Translations under genes and position numbers: made by a program
Notes under the pieces: generated by a model
Seen by the model: only the letters and a program-made list of their open reading frames with translations
What the model was told of the DNA's origin: nothing
Databases searched by the model: none
Source of the DNA: an uncultured bacterium
GTDB lineage: Bacteria; Chloroflexota; UBA5177; JANWHV01
DNA length: 64,000 bases
Reading direction: 5' to 3'
Assembly (NCBI GenBank): GCA_963827235.1
Contig: CAWHAE010000016.1
Span: forward strand, 320,001 to 384,000
In this document: positions 42,973 through 52,262 of the stretch, piece by piece
How the letters are laid out: every line of letters starts with the position of its first letter
Position numbering within the stretch: the stretch's first letter is position 1

Positions 42973-43409
42973 TGACGTCTTGCTCCTTCGCTGCATAATT
43001 CACCCGATGGTGCGCGCTCTATCGAGTAGGAGCACCGCGAGGTGGTGTTGAGTGACACGTCGGGCGGTGGCGCACGTGTTCTCAACTCCTCCAGCGTAGT
43101 CCGGCACCAGGGAAAGAACATGAACGAGAGGTGGCAGCTTTGTGGAGAAACTGTGAAGCGATGAGTCCGGCCTGGCAGCGCGATAGACACGCTGCCGGGG
43201 CCTCGCGGGCCGGCCCAACGGTTCCGAGCGAACCGGTCGAATGAGTGCACAGGCTCAGCGCGGGCTTCGCGGCCATGGCAATGAAGATAAGCCAGGTGGC
43301 GGACGGTGCGTGCACTCAGCGTCGAGCACGCGGCGCGCTGCCAGGCGCCAATCACGCAACTGGCGTACGCAGGTTGAGGCACATGACGCAGAGTCGCGAG
43401 TCACTCAAC

Positions 43410-43440
43410 AGCAAGGCCCGCCTTCGAGGCGGGCCTTGCT
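43410..43440 (-). terminator. Intrinsic terminator hairpin after the S1-domain gene
   Basis: Perfect 14-bp stem agcaaggcccgcct-tcg-aggcgggccttgct. Confidence 0.7.
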
Positions 43441-43472
43441 ACGCTTCAGGCTAGGCAATCGCTAAGAAGGAT

Positions 43473-44273
43473 TTACCGGTTCGACTCGCGCCGTCCAAAT
43501 CGTGCCACCAACTCCTCGGCCGTGGTCGGAGCCGGCTCCTCTTCAGCATCTTCCGAATAGCTGTAGTAGTTGCGCGGATCGCCACGAACCGACCGCCATT
43601 CCTCGTCTGCGCTATCCCGCCGCGCCGGGATCGCTCGCCACGGTTCTTCGGACGGTCTTCATTCTTATTGGCGAAGCCGCGGTCACCGCCTCGGAAACGC
43701 CGATCAGGACGCTGCTCGGTCGACGGTTCCGGCGTCCACGAGGGCGTCTGCCCGGGGGTGCCGCGGGCTCTTGGCGGCCGTGGGTGCCACAGGTGCCGTA
43801 CGATCGCGCTGGACGGTGGTCGCCGGGCGAGGCTCGCGCATGCTCAAGGCTGACACGCCCGCGCTCCATATCGACTTCGGCAATGCGAACCCGAACCACC
43901 TGGCCAACCTGGACGACATCCTCGACACGCTCAACGTACCCACCGGTACCAAGCTGGGACACGTGGACCAAGCCATCGACGCCGCCAAGGTCGACGAAGG
44001 CGCCAAAGCCGGCAATGCCCGTGACTTTGCCCTCGCGCCACTCGCCCACGACCAGGCTGGAAAGCGCTTCACGCCGTCTGCGCTCTCGCTCTTCGCGGGA
44101 GACATACGGAGCGCGCGGTCCACGGCAGCGCGATGCTGTGCCGGTGGCACTTGTGGCTGGTCGGTGCGAGTGGCTTGAGATGGGGGAGCTGTGGTTTCCG
44201 CTGATACCGTCGGATCGGGCCCGGTCGCCTCGGAACTGTCGCCTGAGTGATTTGCTATTTCCGGATTGGACAA
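43473..44273 (-). CDS. Single S1 RNA-binding domain protein with low-complexity tails, several apparent frameshifts
   Basis: S1 core EGKVTGIAGFGAFVDLGGVDGLVHVSQL...VDMERGRVSL; flanking segments lie in other frames; last segment ends ...ARFGRRESNR*. Confidence 0.7.
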
Positions 44274-44401
44274 GTTCTTCCTTCTTTGCGCTGCCGCCTC
44301 AACACTCGACCCATGTCACTATCGATGAAAGGGGCGCGTCAAGCCCGCATGCTACAAGGCGGTGATCCACACCCCACCGAATCCAAGGGACCACTTTCAA
44401 A

Positions 44402-44410
44402 AGTATATCA
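44402..44410 (-). promoter_or_regulatory. Extended -10 promoter element for the S1 gene
   Basis: TG-A-TATACT on the minus strand about 130 nt upstream of the TTG start. Confidence 0.45.
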
Positions 44411-44804
44411 CAGGACCTCGTTCGCGTGTCCAGGACCCAATCGCCAATTCGCGTGCTTAAGACCGCAACGCGCCACTCAGCCCGCCTGTTCGCCCTTAAG
44501 CCTGCAACGTCCGGTGCCGCCTGTGCATGGGCCCGGCCAGGAGGGCCACCTCACTGCGTAGACCGTGAGCCTGCCGCCAGAATACGTTGTCACACTGACG
44601 CCCGCAACGGCGGTACAGTCAAGCATACTCACTATGTACATCTCTGGGGGACTGCCGAAAGTACGCTTTCGAAACTGTCCTGGATTGCAGTACTCTAGGG
44701 AGAGAACGACAACTCGGCTCGACGCGGTTGTAGCGGATGAAGCGGTGCGTAGTCCCATTGCAACGCGTTCGGGGCGCTTTAGCATAGTACATTGAGGGCG
44801 AAGA

Positions 44805-46917
44805 GTGGTTGAAACAGCCCAGGTCGGTTGGTCGATGGCGCTACCGGCGCGTATCGAGCGACTCGCGGAATTGGCGCGGAATCTCTGGTGGTGTTGGAAC
44901 CCTAACGCCGAACGACTTGTTCAGCTCTCTGGACGCCCGGCTGTGGGACCCTATGTCCCACAATCCAATCAGGATCATGCGGAGCCTGTCCGCCGATCGC
45001 CTGCAAGCTCTGGCCGACGATCCTGAGTTTGTAGCTCAGTATGAAGGTGTCGTTCGCGACTTCGACACCTACATGGCGTTGTCGAAGCGAGCATGGTTTC
45101 CCACGCGATACCCGCAGATCCAAGCTCCTCGTTGCCTACTTCTGCGCCGAGTTTGGCTTCCATGAGTCCATGCCGGTCTACTCCGGAGGTCTCGGCATTC
45201 TAGCCGGCGACCACTGCAAGACGGCCAGCGACCTCGGATTGCCGTTCGTGGCCATCGGACTCTGGTACACGCAGGGGTATTTCGGCAGATCATCGACGCC
45301 GCCGGCCAGCAGATAGCGGCGCCCGATCACGTCAGTCAGGAGGACGCACCTCTTCAGGCCGCCGGGCCAGATGGCCAGGATCTGATCATCGAGGTGCCTT
45401 GCGCGGACCGCACGGTCTTCGCCCGCGTGTGGCGGGTACAGGTGGGACGTGTCGCGGCTTACTTGCTTGATACCGACGTTCTGCAGAACACGCCGGCCGA
45501 CCGCTTCCTTTGCTCCCGACTCTATGGAGGCGACAAGGAAACCAGGATCGCGCAGGAGGTGATTCTTGGCGTTGGCGGCGTGCTAGCCCTGCGCGCACTG
45601 CACGTCGAGCCGACCTGCTGGCACATGAACGAGGGACACGCCGGATTCATGGCCCTCGAGCGCATCCGGGAAATGGTCCGTGACGGCAAGGCTTTCAAGG
45701 ATGCCTTGCGTGCCGAAGTGCGGTCGACACTGTTTACGACGCATACCCCGGTTCCTGCCGGCAACGAGGTATTCTCCAACGATCTCGTGATGCGCTATCT
45801 GCCCGGATTGCCGGAAGCGATGGGCCTGACGACGGAAGAGTTCCTTGCCCTGGCCCAGGAGGCGGGAGCGCCTCCTGGGCAGTTCGCCATGTCGCCGCTC
45901 GCGATCCGACTGTCCGGGCATGCGAACGGCGTCAGCAAGCTTCATGGCGCCGTGGCACGGGCGATGTGGGCAAAGCAATTTCCCAAACTGGACGTGGACG
46001 ACGTGCCGATTACGTCCGTTACCAACGGCGTGCACACTGGCACATGGCTGGCGCCCGAGATGCGCGACCTCCTCACCCGCTACCTGGGTTCCGGCTGGAT
46101 GCACAAAGTCGACAATGCCAAGATGTGGGCCGCTCTGGAGAGCGTCCCCGACTCCGAGCTTTGGGCGGTTCACCAGACGCTCAAGCGGCGCCTGATCGAG
46201 GTAGCCTCCGCGCTCCGGCCGGGAGCGCCGCCCCTCGACCCCGACTTGCTCACGATCGGCTTTGCACGGCGTTTCGCCACCTACAAGCGTGCCACTCTCT
46301 TCTTCCACGATGCGGATCGTGCGGCACGAATATTGCGGCAGATCGACCGGCCCGTTCAGCTCGTCTTTGCCGGCAAAGCCCACCCCGCGGACGGCGGTGG
46401 ACAGTGGCTCATCAAGGTCCTCTCAGGCCTTGCCAATGCCGACGAGTTCTCCGGCAAGGTCGTGTTGCTGCCCAGCTACGACATCAGCCTCGCGCGCTCC
46501 CTCGTGCAGGGAGTGGATGTGTGGCTCAACAACCCTGAGCGCCCGCAGGAGGCAAGCGGCACCAGTGGGCAGAAAGCGGCGCTCAACGGCGTGCCCAACT
46601 GCAGCATCCGGGACGGCTGGTGGGACGAAGGGTATAACGGAAAGAACGGCTGGGCGTTTGGTGCCGAAGTAGGTAATGACGACTTGGACAGCGCCGAGCT
46701 GTACGACGTGCTTGAGACCCAAGTCATCCCTGCGTACTACGACCGCGCCGGCAGCGGCTTACCAACGCAGTGGATCGCCATCATGAAGGAGGCCATGCGC
46801 ACATGCGCACCTACCTTCAGCGCTCAGCGCATGCTGAAGGAATACACTACACGCCTCTACCTTTCAGCCCGGCTCGTCATGACGCTACGCAGACACGCAA
46901 GGCCTGTCTCCGGCTAG
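44805..46917 (+). CDS. glgP: Alpha-glucan (glycogen) phosphorylase, frameshifted near 44910, 45120, 45285 and probably 46862
   Basis: [45 protein letters not shown] and PLP motif [14 protein letters not shown], spread over several frames. Confidence 0.9.
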
Positions 46918-46933
46918 AGAGACAGGCCTTGCG
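46896..46933. terminator. Bidirectional terminator between glgP and infC
   Basis: 15-bp perfect stem cgcaaggcctgtctc / gagacaggccttgcg. Confidence 0.7.
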
Positions 46934-46969
46934 ATTCTCGGTACGCCACCGGCCACCCACACGGCGCGG

Positions 46970-47593
46970 CTACACGCTTGGGGAGATTGTCTCCGCCCCT
47001 GGACTAACGTGTTCACCGTGTGCCGACGACGGGGTAGGTTTCGGCCGCTTGGCCACCGTCGAACTTGGCGCAAGCACGAGCGTCATCTGACGACCTTCTG
47101 CAAGGACGTCGCGCTCGATTCTGCCGACGTCCCCCACCTTGGACGCCATCTCCACCAGTACCTTCCGGCCCCAGTCGGGGTGCGCCTGTTCGCGGCCTCG
47201 CATACGCAATGTCAGCTGAACTCGGTCACCATCCTGAAGCCATTTCGTAATCGCGCGAAGCTTCGTCTCCAGGTCGTGCTCGTCAGTCTTGGGACGGACC
47301 CGCACTTCCTTGATCACTACTTTGCTCTGGTTCTTGCGCGCCTCGCGCTCCTTACGGGACTGCTCATACTGTTGCCGCCCGTAATCAAGTATTCGGCAGA
47401 CAGGAGGCTGAGCCAGAGGCGAAACCTCAACGAGGTCCAAGTTGCGCTCATGCGCAACCCGCAACGCCTCCACAATCGGCATCTGACCAAGCTGACTGCC
47501 GTCGGAGTCGATAACGAGCACGACGCGGGCACGAATCTGTTCGTTGATGCGGACCTGATTCCGCGGCCCGCGACGATCTTCGCTCGGCCTCAC
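46970..47593 (-). CDS. infC: Translation initiation factor IF-3
   Basis: RINEQIRA, LDLVEVSP..PPVCRILDYG, KEVRVRPKTDEHD and RMRGRE. Confidence 0.95.
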   Translation of the reverse strand: MRPSEDRRGPRNQVRINEQIRARVVLVIDSDGSQLGQMPIVEALRVAHERNLDLVEVSPLAQPPVCRILDYGRQQYEQSRKEREARKNQSKVVIKEVRVRPKTDEHDLETKLRAITKWLQDGDRVQLTLRMRGREQAHPDWGRKVLVEMASKVGDVGRIERDVLAEGRQMTLVLAPSSTVAKRPKPTPSSAHGEHVSPGAETISPSV

Positions 47594-47934
47594 CGGCTAC
47601 CGCTAAACGATCCCGCCCGAATCTGGGCGAAGCAGTCACTGCAATACACCGGTCGGTCGCCACGAGGAACAAACGGAACCTGCGTAGGGCTTCCGCACTG
47701 GGCGCATGTAGCCTCAGTCATCTGCCGCGGTCCACGCTCGTAACTGCCATATCCACCCGAACTGTAGCTTGAGCGCCCGCCCTCGACGCGACCGGATTTG
47801 TAAATCCGGCGGCACTCCGGGCACCTCCGCGGTGTGTTTTCCAGCCCCTTGCTGGCATAGAACTCCTGCTCGCCAACTGTGAACGTGAATGTGTTCCCAC
47901 AGTCACGGCAGGTTAGTTCGCGGTCTTGATACAT
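47590..47934 (-). CDS. Double zinc-ribbon protein (zf-trcl-like plus CxxC-x17-CxxC)
   Basis: MYQDRELTCRDCG...FTVGEQEFY...PRRCPECR and ATCAQCG...VPFVPRGDRPVYCSDCF; GAGGAG SD. Confidence 0.9.
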   Translation of the reverse strand: MYQDRELTCRDCGNTFTFTVGEQEFYASKGLENTPRRCPECRRIYKSGRVEGGRSSYSSGGYGSYERGPRQMTEATCAQCGSPTQVPFVPRGDRPVYCSDCFAQIRAGSFSGSR

Positions 47935-47970
47935 GCAATGCTCCTCGTGCTTCCGACTTGGCTGCTGCCT

Positions 47971-48070
47971 AGCGAACTGGAAACCACTGAAAACGCGGAC
48001 GCGCTGCCACCTCTGGCGGGTGGAGGCCAAAGAAGCAACAATCATCCCACGTTTCAGCACCCAGCTCGCC
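47971..48070 (-). ncRNA. Candidate structured 5' leader (long rod-like hairpin)
   Basis: Three stacked helices with many G-U pairs on the minus strand, starting at the predicted TSS. Confidence 0.5.
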
Positions 48071-48074
48071 TACC

Positions 48075-48102
48075 ATTATACCACAGCATAGCAGGCTTCC
48101 AA
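48075..48102 (-). promoter_or_regulatory. Sigma70 promoter of the zinc-ribbon-infC operon
   Basis: TTGGAA-16 nt-TATAAT with extended TGn. Confidence 0.65.
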
Positions 48103-48146
48103 GAGTGCAACCGAGTGAAAATGGGCACCAGATCGATGTGACCGCC

Positions 48147-48773
48147 TCAAACCTGCCCGGTGAGGCCGCCGGCGATTTCCGCTGCGCTCATCGCTCCGAC
48201 GTAGATGGCTCTCACCCGGCCCGACGGATCTACAAGCAACGACGTGGGCAGCTCGCCCACGTGGTAGCGTACCATCACCGCCAGCGTCGTGTCGACCATG
48301 ATGGGGTACGTCACGTGCAACCCCGACACGAATCGGCCAACCGACTCACTCGAGTCCAGGTCACCGTCGACGCCAAGGATCGTGGGGTGATTCCCAGCCG
48401 TCAAGCTGCGATTGTTCAGCTCGGCAAATATGTGCTCCAGCGCCGGCATCTCGGAGCGGCATGGCGGGCACGTTACGCCCCAGAAGTTCAGCAACACCCA
48501 GCGCCCGCGCAACCGCGAGAGCTGCACGCGCCGGCCCTGGAGGTCCTTCAAGGCAAAGTCCGGTGCCGGCTCACCCAGAGCAATGCCGGGCAGCGGAGAC
48601 ACCGTCGCGCGACCCCCGGTGGCAGGGCGAAGCAACAAGATAGCCACGGCGATCAAGCACAACGCCAAGCAGCATCCGGAGATCGCTAATCGCGCCCTGC
48701 CAGGTGCTCGGCTTTCGGCACAATTGGTCGTGATGCGCCAAACACCCATACCCTGCACCGGGGTTCTCGCCAT
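48147..48773 (-). CDS. TlpA/ResA-like membrane-anchored thiol-disulfide oxidoreductase
   Basis: TM anchor, APDFAL, LLNFWGVTCPPCRSEMP and LPTSLLVD. Confidence 0.88.
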   Translation of the reverse strand: MARTPVQGMGVWRITTNCAESRAPGRARLAISGCCLALCLIAVAILLLRPATGGRATVSPLPGIALGEPAPDFALKDLQGRRVQLSRLRGRWVLLNFWGVTCPPCRSEMPALEHIFAELNNRSLTAGNHPTILGVDGDLDSSESVGRFVSGLHVTYPIMVDTTLAVMVRYHVGELPTSLLVDPSGRVRAIYVGAMSAAEIAGGLTGQV

Positions 48774-48779
48774 CTGGGA

Positions 48780-49772
48780 TCACGACAGCGCGACCAACCG
48801 GTCGGCTACCATCGCGGCGAAGAGGAGGGCCAGATAGATGTTCGAATACACGAACAGGCTCTTGGCACGGATCTGCGAGCGATCGCGCAATAGCAGGCCG
48901 GCCTGCAGGAGAAACGCCACGCCGAGTGCCACGGCGACGAAGAGGTAGAGCGCACCCATAGCACCGACAGGATAAAGCGCCAGAGTGCTGCCAACGAGGA
49001 GCACGGAGTAGGCCAGGATGTTGGTGCATGTCTTGTCCAAGCCCTTGACCACCGGGAGCATGGGGATCGCCGCGCGCGAGTAATCGCGCCGGGTGAGTAG
49101 CGACAGTGACCAGAAGTGGGGGGGCGTCCACAAGGCGATGATCAGAAACAGCAGCACCGCCGGGAGCTCCACGTCATTGCGGGCCGCTGCCCAGCCCACT
49201 AGCGGCGGAACCGCGCCGGCCATGCCGCCGATCACGATGTTCTGCGGCGTGGCTCGCTTCAGCCAGCACGTGTATACGAATACGTAGAAGAGGTTGCCGG
49301 CCAGCGCCAGTGCAGCACTCAGCACGTTCACGCCGACGCCGAATACCACCGCCGAGCACGCCGTCAACACGAGCCCGAACAGCAGCACGGCACGCGGCTG
49401 CAGCCTGCCCGAGGGAAGAGGCCGGTTCCTCGTTCTCGCCATGAGCGCGTCTATGTCTCGATCGATGTATTGGTTGAGCGCGCCGGCCCCGCCGGCCGCG
49501 CATATGCCACCAACGGTGGTCAGCACCACGAGACGCACTATATCGAGGGCACCGAGCGGGCGGTTGCCTACGGCGATCAGAAGCGCTGCCAACGTCGTTA
49601 TGAGCAGCAGCACGAGAACGCGTGGCTTGAGCAAGGCCACGTAGTCGGCCAGCGTCGACGTACGCGATCGCTCGGCTGAAGCCGCCTCCATCGGGCGCAG
49701 GTCCGAGCCGTGGGGCGCAGCCAGCGTATTGGAAAGACCCACTGAGTTTCTCATCACCCTGCTGCTTTTCAC
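48780..49772 (-). CDS. ctaB: Protoheme IX farnesyltransferase (heme o synthase)
   Basis: LLKPRV, NQYIDRDIDALMARTRNRPLP, NIVIGG and WTPPHFW. Confidence 0.95.
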   Translation of the reverse strand: MKSSRVMRNSVGLSNTLAAPHGSDLRPMEAASAERSRTSTLADYVALLKPRVLVLLLITTLAALLIAVGNRPLGALDIVRLVVLTTVGGICAAGGAGALNQYIDRDIDALMARTRNRPLPSGRLQPRAVLLFGLVLTACSAVVFGVGVNVLSAALALAGNLFYVFVYTCWLKRATPQNIVIGGMAGAVPPLVGWAAARNDVELPAVLLFLIIALWTPPHFWSLSLLTRRDYSRAAIPMLPVVKGLDKTCTNILAYSVLLVGSTLALYPVGAMGALYLFVAVALGVAFLLQAGLLLRDRSQIRAKSLFVYSNIYLALLFAAMVADRLVALS

Positions 49773-49841
49773 GACCTATCCTTCAAAGCTCAACCTTCGC
49801 CGCCTATCCGGCGGCAACCTACGTCCAGGGGTCGCCCTGCT

Positions 49842-50489
49842 TCATGGCACGGTCAGATAGAAGAGCGCGAAGAGGACCACCCACACGGCATCGACGAAGT
49901 GCCAGTATAGTGTGGCCGCGTGCGGCACCATGGTGTTCCTCTGGTTGTATCGTCCCTTCAGCGTGCCGGTCAGCAAGACGAGTAGAAAGATGACGCCGCC
50001 GGTCACGTGCACGCCATGCAGGCCTGTGAGGGTAAAGAACGTCGCTCCATAGGTGTTGGCTCCCATGGTCAGCGCATTCTTGCTGGTGATCAGGTTGTGG
50101 TATTCGTATGCCTGCCCCGACAGGAACACTACGCCGAGCACAATCGTGCTCACGAGAAGCGTGTACATCGCCCGCATGTTGCCACGGCGCAGCGCTTGAA
50201 AGGCGAAGTGCATCGTGACTCCGCTACTGAGCAGAATGACCGTGTTTACGGTAGGAAGCTGCCACTCGAACGGCTTCACGCCAGGAATCGGCGTGCAAGT
50301 TAACTGTGCGCATTTCTGTAGCGGCCAGTGCACGGCAGCGCGCCGGACGTAAAGGTACATGAATATCAGGCTGCCGAATAGCGCCATCTCCGATGTGAGA
50401 AAGCACATGATCCCCAGCAGCCCATTGCTGAGGCCGGAGTTGGTCCTGGCCCTATGGTGCGCCGTAATGGCTTCGCTTGTGGCACTCAT
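49842..50489 (-). CDS. ctaE: Cytochrome c oxidase subunit III
   Basis: FLTSEMALF, NTVILLSSG, FFTLTGLHGVHV and YWHFVDAVW. Confidence 0.93.
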   Translation of the reverse strand: MSATSEAITAHHRARTNSGLSNGLLGIMCFLTSEMALFGSLIFMYLYVRRAAVHWPLQKCAQLTCTPIPGVKPFEWQLPTVNTVILLSSGVTMHFAFQALRRGNMRAMYTLLVSTIVLGVVFLSGQAYEYHNLITSKNALTMGANTYGATFFTLTGLHGVHVTGGVIFLLVLLTGTLKGRYNQRNTMVPHAATLYWHFVDAVWVVLFALFYLTVP

Positions 50490-50530
50490 GCGCTATCCCT
50501 CTTCATGCAAGCACTGTCACGCATAGTCCG

Positions 50531-52216
50531 TTAGGAATGATGGTGGGACGTGGTATCGGACTCCGACGGTCCGAACCACGAGGCCGGTTGGCTGAACTCA
50601 TACGGCCCGGACGTAACCACGGGCGGCGTGGCAAAGTTCCCATGACCAGGCGGAGAAGGAACCGTCCATTCCAGCGTGCGCGCGCCCCACGGATTGGCCG
50701 GAGCCTTCTCCCCGCGCGCCAGGCTCACGGCAGCGTTGTAGAAAAAGATCAGGAACGACGCCCCGAGCACCATGGCCGAGAGGCTGATAAAGAGATTGAG
50801 GCCGGAGAACGCCGGGTCGTAGTCGGCGACCCTGCGCGGCATCCCAAGCAGCCCAACGATATGCATGGGAAAGAACGTGGCGTTGAAGCTCACGTACATG
50901 AACCAGAAGTGTATCTTCGACAGCCGCTCGTCAAGCATCCTGCCGGTCATCTTCGGCCACCACATGTATATACCGGAGAAGATGGCAAACACGCTGCCGC
51001 CGAACAACACGTAGTGCAGGTGCGCCACCAAGAAGTACGTGCCGTGCTCGTGCAGATCGGCAGGCACCGCGGCCAGAAATATGCCAGTAATGCCGCCCAG
51101 CGTGAATGTGGAGACGAAGCCGAGTGCGAACAGCAACGGCGACTCAAGGCGCAGCTTGCCCTCGAACAGCGTTGCCACCCAGCTGAACACCTTGATGCCG
51201 GTAGGCACTGCGATGATCATGGTGGCAATCATGAAATACGTCTCCAGCCACGGCTGGATTCCGCTGGTGAACATGTGATGCGCCCACACGAGGAATGCCA
51301 ATAGGCCGATCGCCGCGCTGGAGTAGGCTATCGCCTTATAGCCGAAGATCGGCTTGCGTGCAAACACCGGGATCACTTCCGAGATAATGCCCATGCCCGG
51401 AAGAATCATGATGTAGACGGCCGGGTGGGAGTAGAACCAGAACATATGTTGCCAGAGCAGCACGTTGCCGCCCTTGTCCGGATTGAAGAAGGGAATGCCG
51501 AACACGAGGGCAAGTAGCTGGATAGATAGGGCGCCGGCCAGGGCTGGAGTGACGACCAAGGTCAACACGACGGTCACAAGCACCGCCCAGACGAAGAGGG
51601 GCATCCGGTGCAGCGTCATGCCCCTGGCGCGCATGTTGACAATCGTGACAAGGAAGTTGATGGCCGTGATCGTCGATGATGTGCCCACAAGGATCGTGGC
51701 AATCAGCCAGCAGATCTGGCCGTAGTTGTGCGCCATGCCCACCGGCGCCTGCAGACTGAGCGGCGGATACGAAGTCCAGCCGGCCTGCGCCGCCGCGCCG
51801 CTAAGAAATCCGGCAAACATGATGATGCCGGCGGGGGGAAACAGAAGGTAACTGATCAGATTGAGCCGCGGGAACGCCACGTCACCGGCCCCGATCATCA
51901 GCGGCATCAGATAGTTGCCGAAGCCGCCGACGAGCATAGGGATGGTAAAGAGGAAGATCATCGCGGAGCCGTGCAGCGTGGTGAGCTGGTTAAAGACTTC
52001 CGGCGATACGACCTTGCTGCCGGGTTGTGCCAGGTTGAGACGAAGCACCTCGGCAAACAGGCCGGCCAAGATGAAGAACACGATGGACGTGTACATGTAG
52101 TTCAGACCGATTATCTTGTGGTCGGTGCTGAGTATGTACCGCTTGACCCACGCCTGCCAGCCGGATTGTGCATGGGGGTCGGCGTGCGCACCTACCCCAA
52201 CGGCTGTCGTTGCCAT
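50531..52216 (-). CDS. ctaD: Cytochrome c oxidase subunit I (type A2)
   Basis: TDHKIIG, GWTSYPPL, WFYSHPAVY, VWAHHMF, VAHLHY and GMPRR. Confidence 0.96.
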   Translation of the reverse strand: MATTAVGVGAHADPHAQSGWQAWVKRYILSTDHKIIGLNYMYTSIVFFILAGLFAEVLRLNLAQPGSKVVSPEVFNQLTTLHGSAMIFLFTIPMLVGGFGNYLMPLMIGAGDVAFPRLNLISYLLFPPAGIIMFAGFLSGAAAQAGWTSYPPLSLQAPVGMAHNYGQICWLIATILVGTSSTITAINFLVTIVNMRARGMTLHRMPLFVWAVLVTVVLTLVVTPALAGALSIQLLALVFGIPFFNPDKGGNVLLWQHMFWFYSHPAVYIMILPGMGIISEVIPVFARKPIFGYKAIAYSSAAIGLLAFLVWAHHMFTSGIQPWLETYFMIATMIIAVPTGIKVFSWVATLFEGKLRLESPLLFALGFVSTFTLGGITGIFLAAVPADLHEHGTYFLVAHLHYVLFGGSVFAIFSGIYMWWPKMTGRMLDERLSKIHFWFMYVSFNATFFPMHIVGLLGMPRRVADYDPAFSGLNLFISLSAMVLGASFLIFFYNAAVSLARGEKAPANPWGARTLEWTVPSPPGHGNFATPPVVTSGPYEFSQPASWFGPSESDTTSHHHS

Positions 52217-52262
52217 CCAGTGCCTCCCGCAATCGTGCTAGAATGCAGACTTGCCGGTCTGA

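Noticed and set aside
39174-43000. Genomic island integrated at tRNA-Gln
   Set aside because: No integrase, no duplicated tRNA 3' end seen, and no obvious compositional shift
43441-43500. tRNA-like GGTTCGACTC sequence
   Set aside because: No cloverleaf; it is the antisense of the S1 gene 3' end
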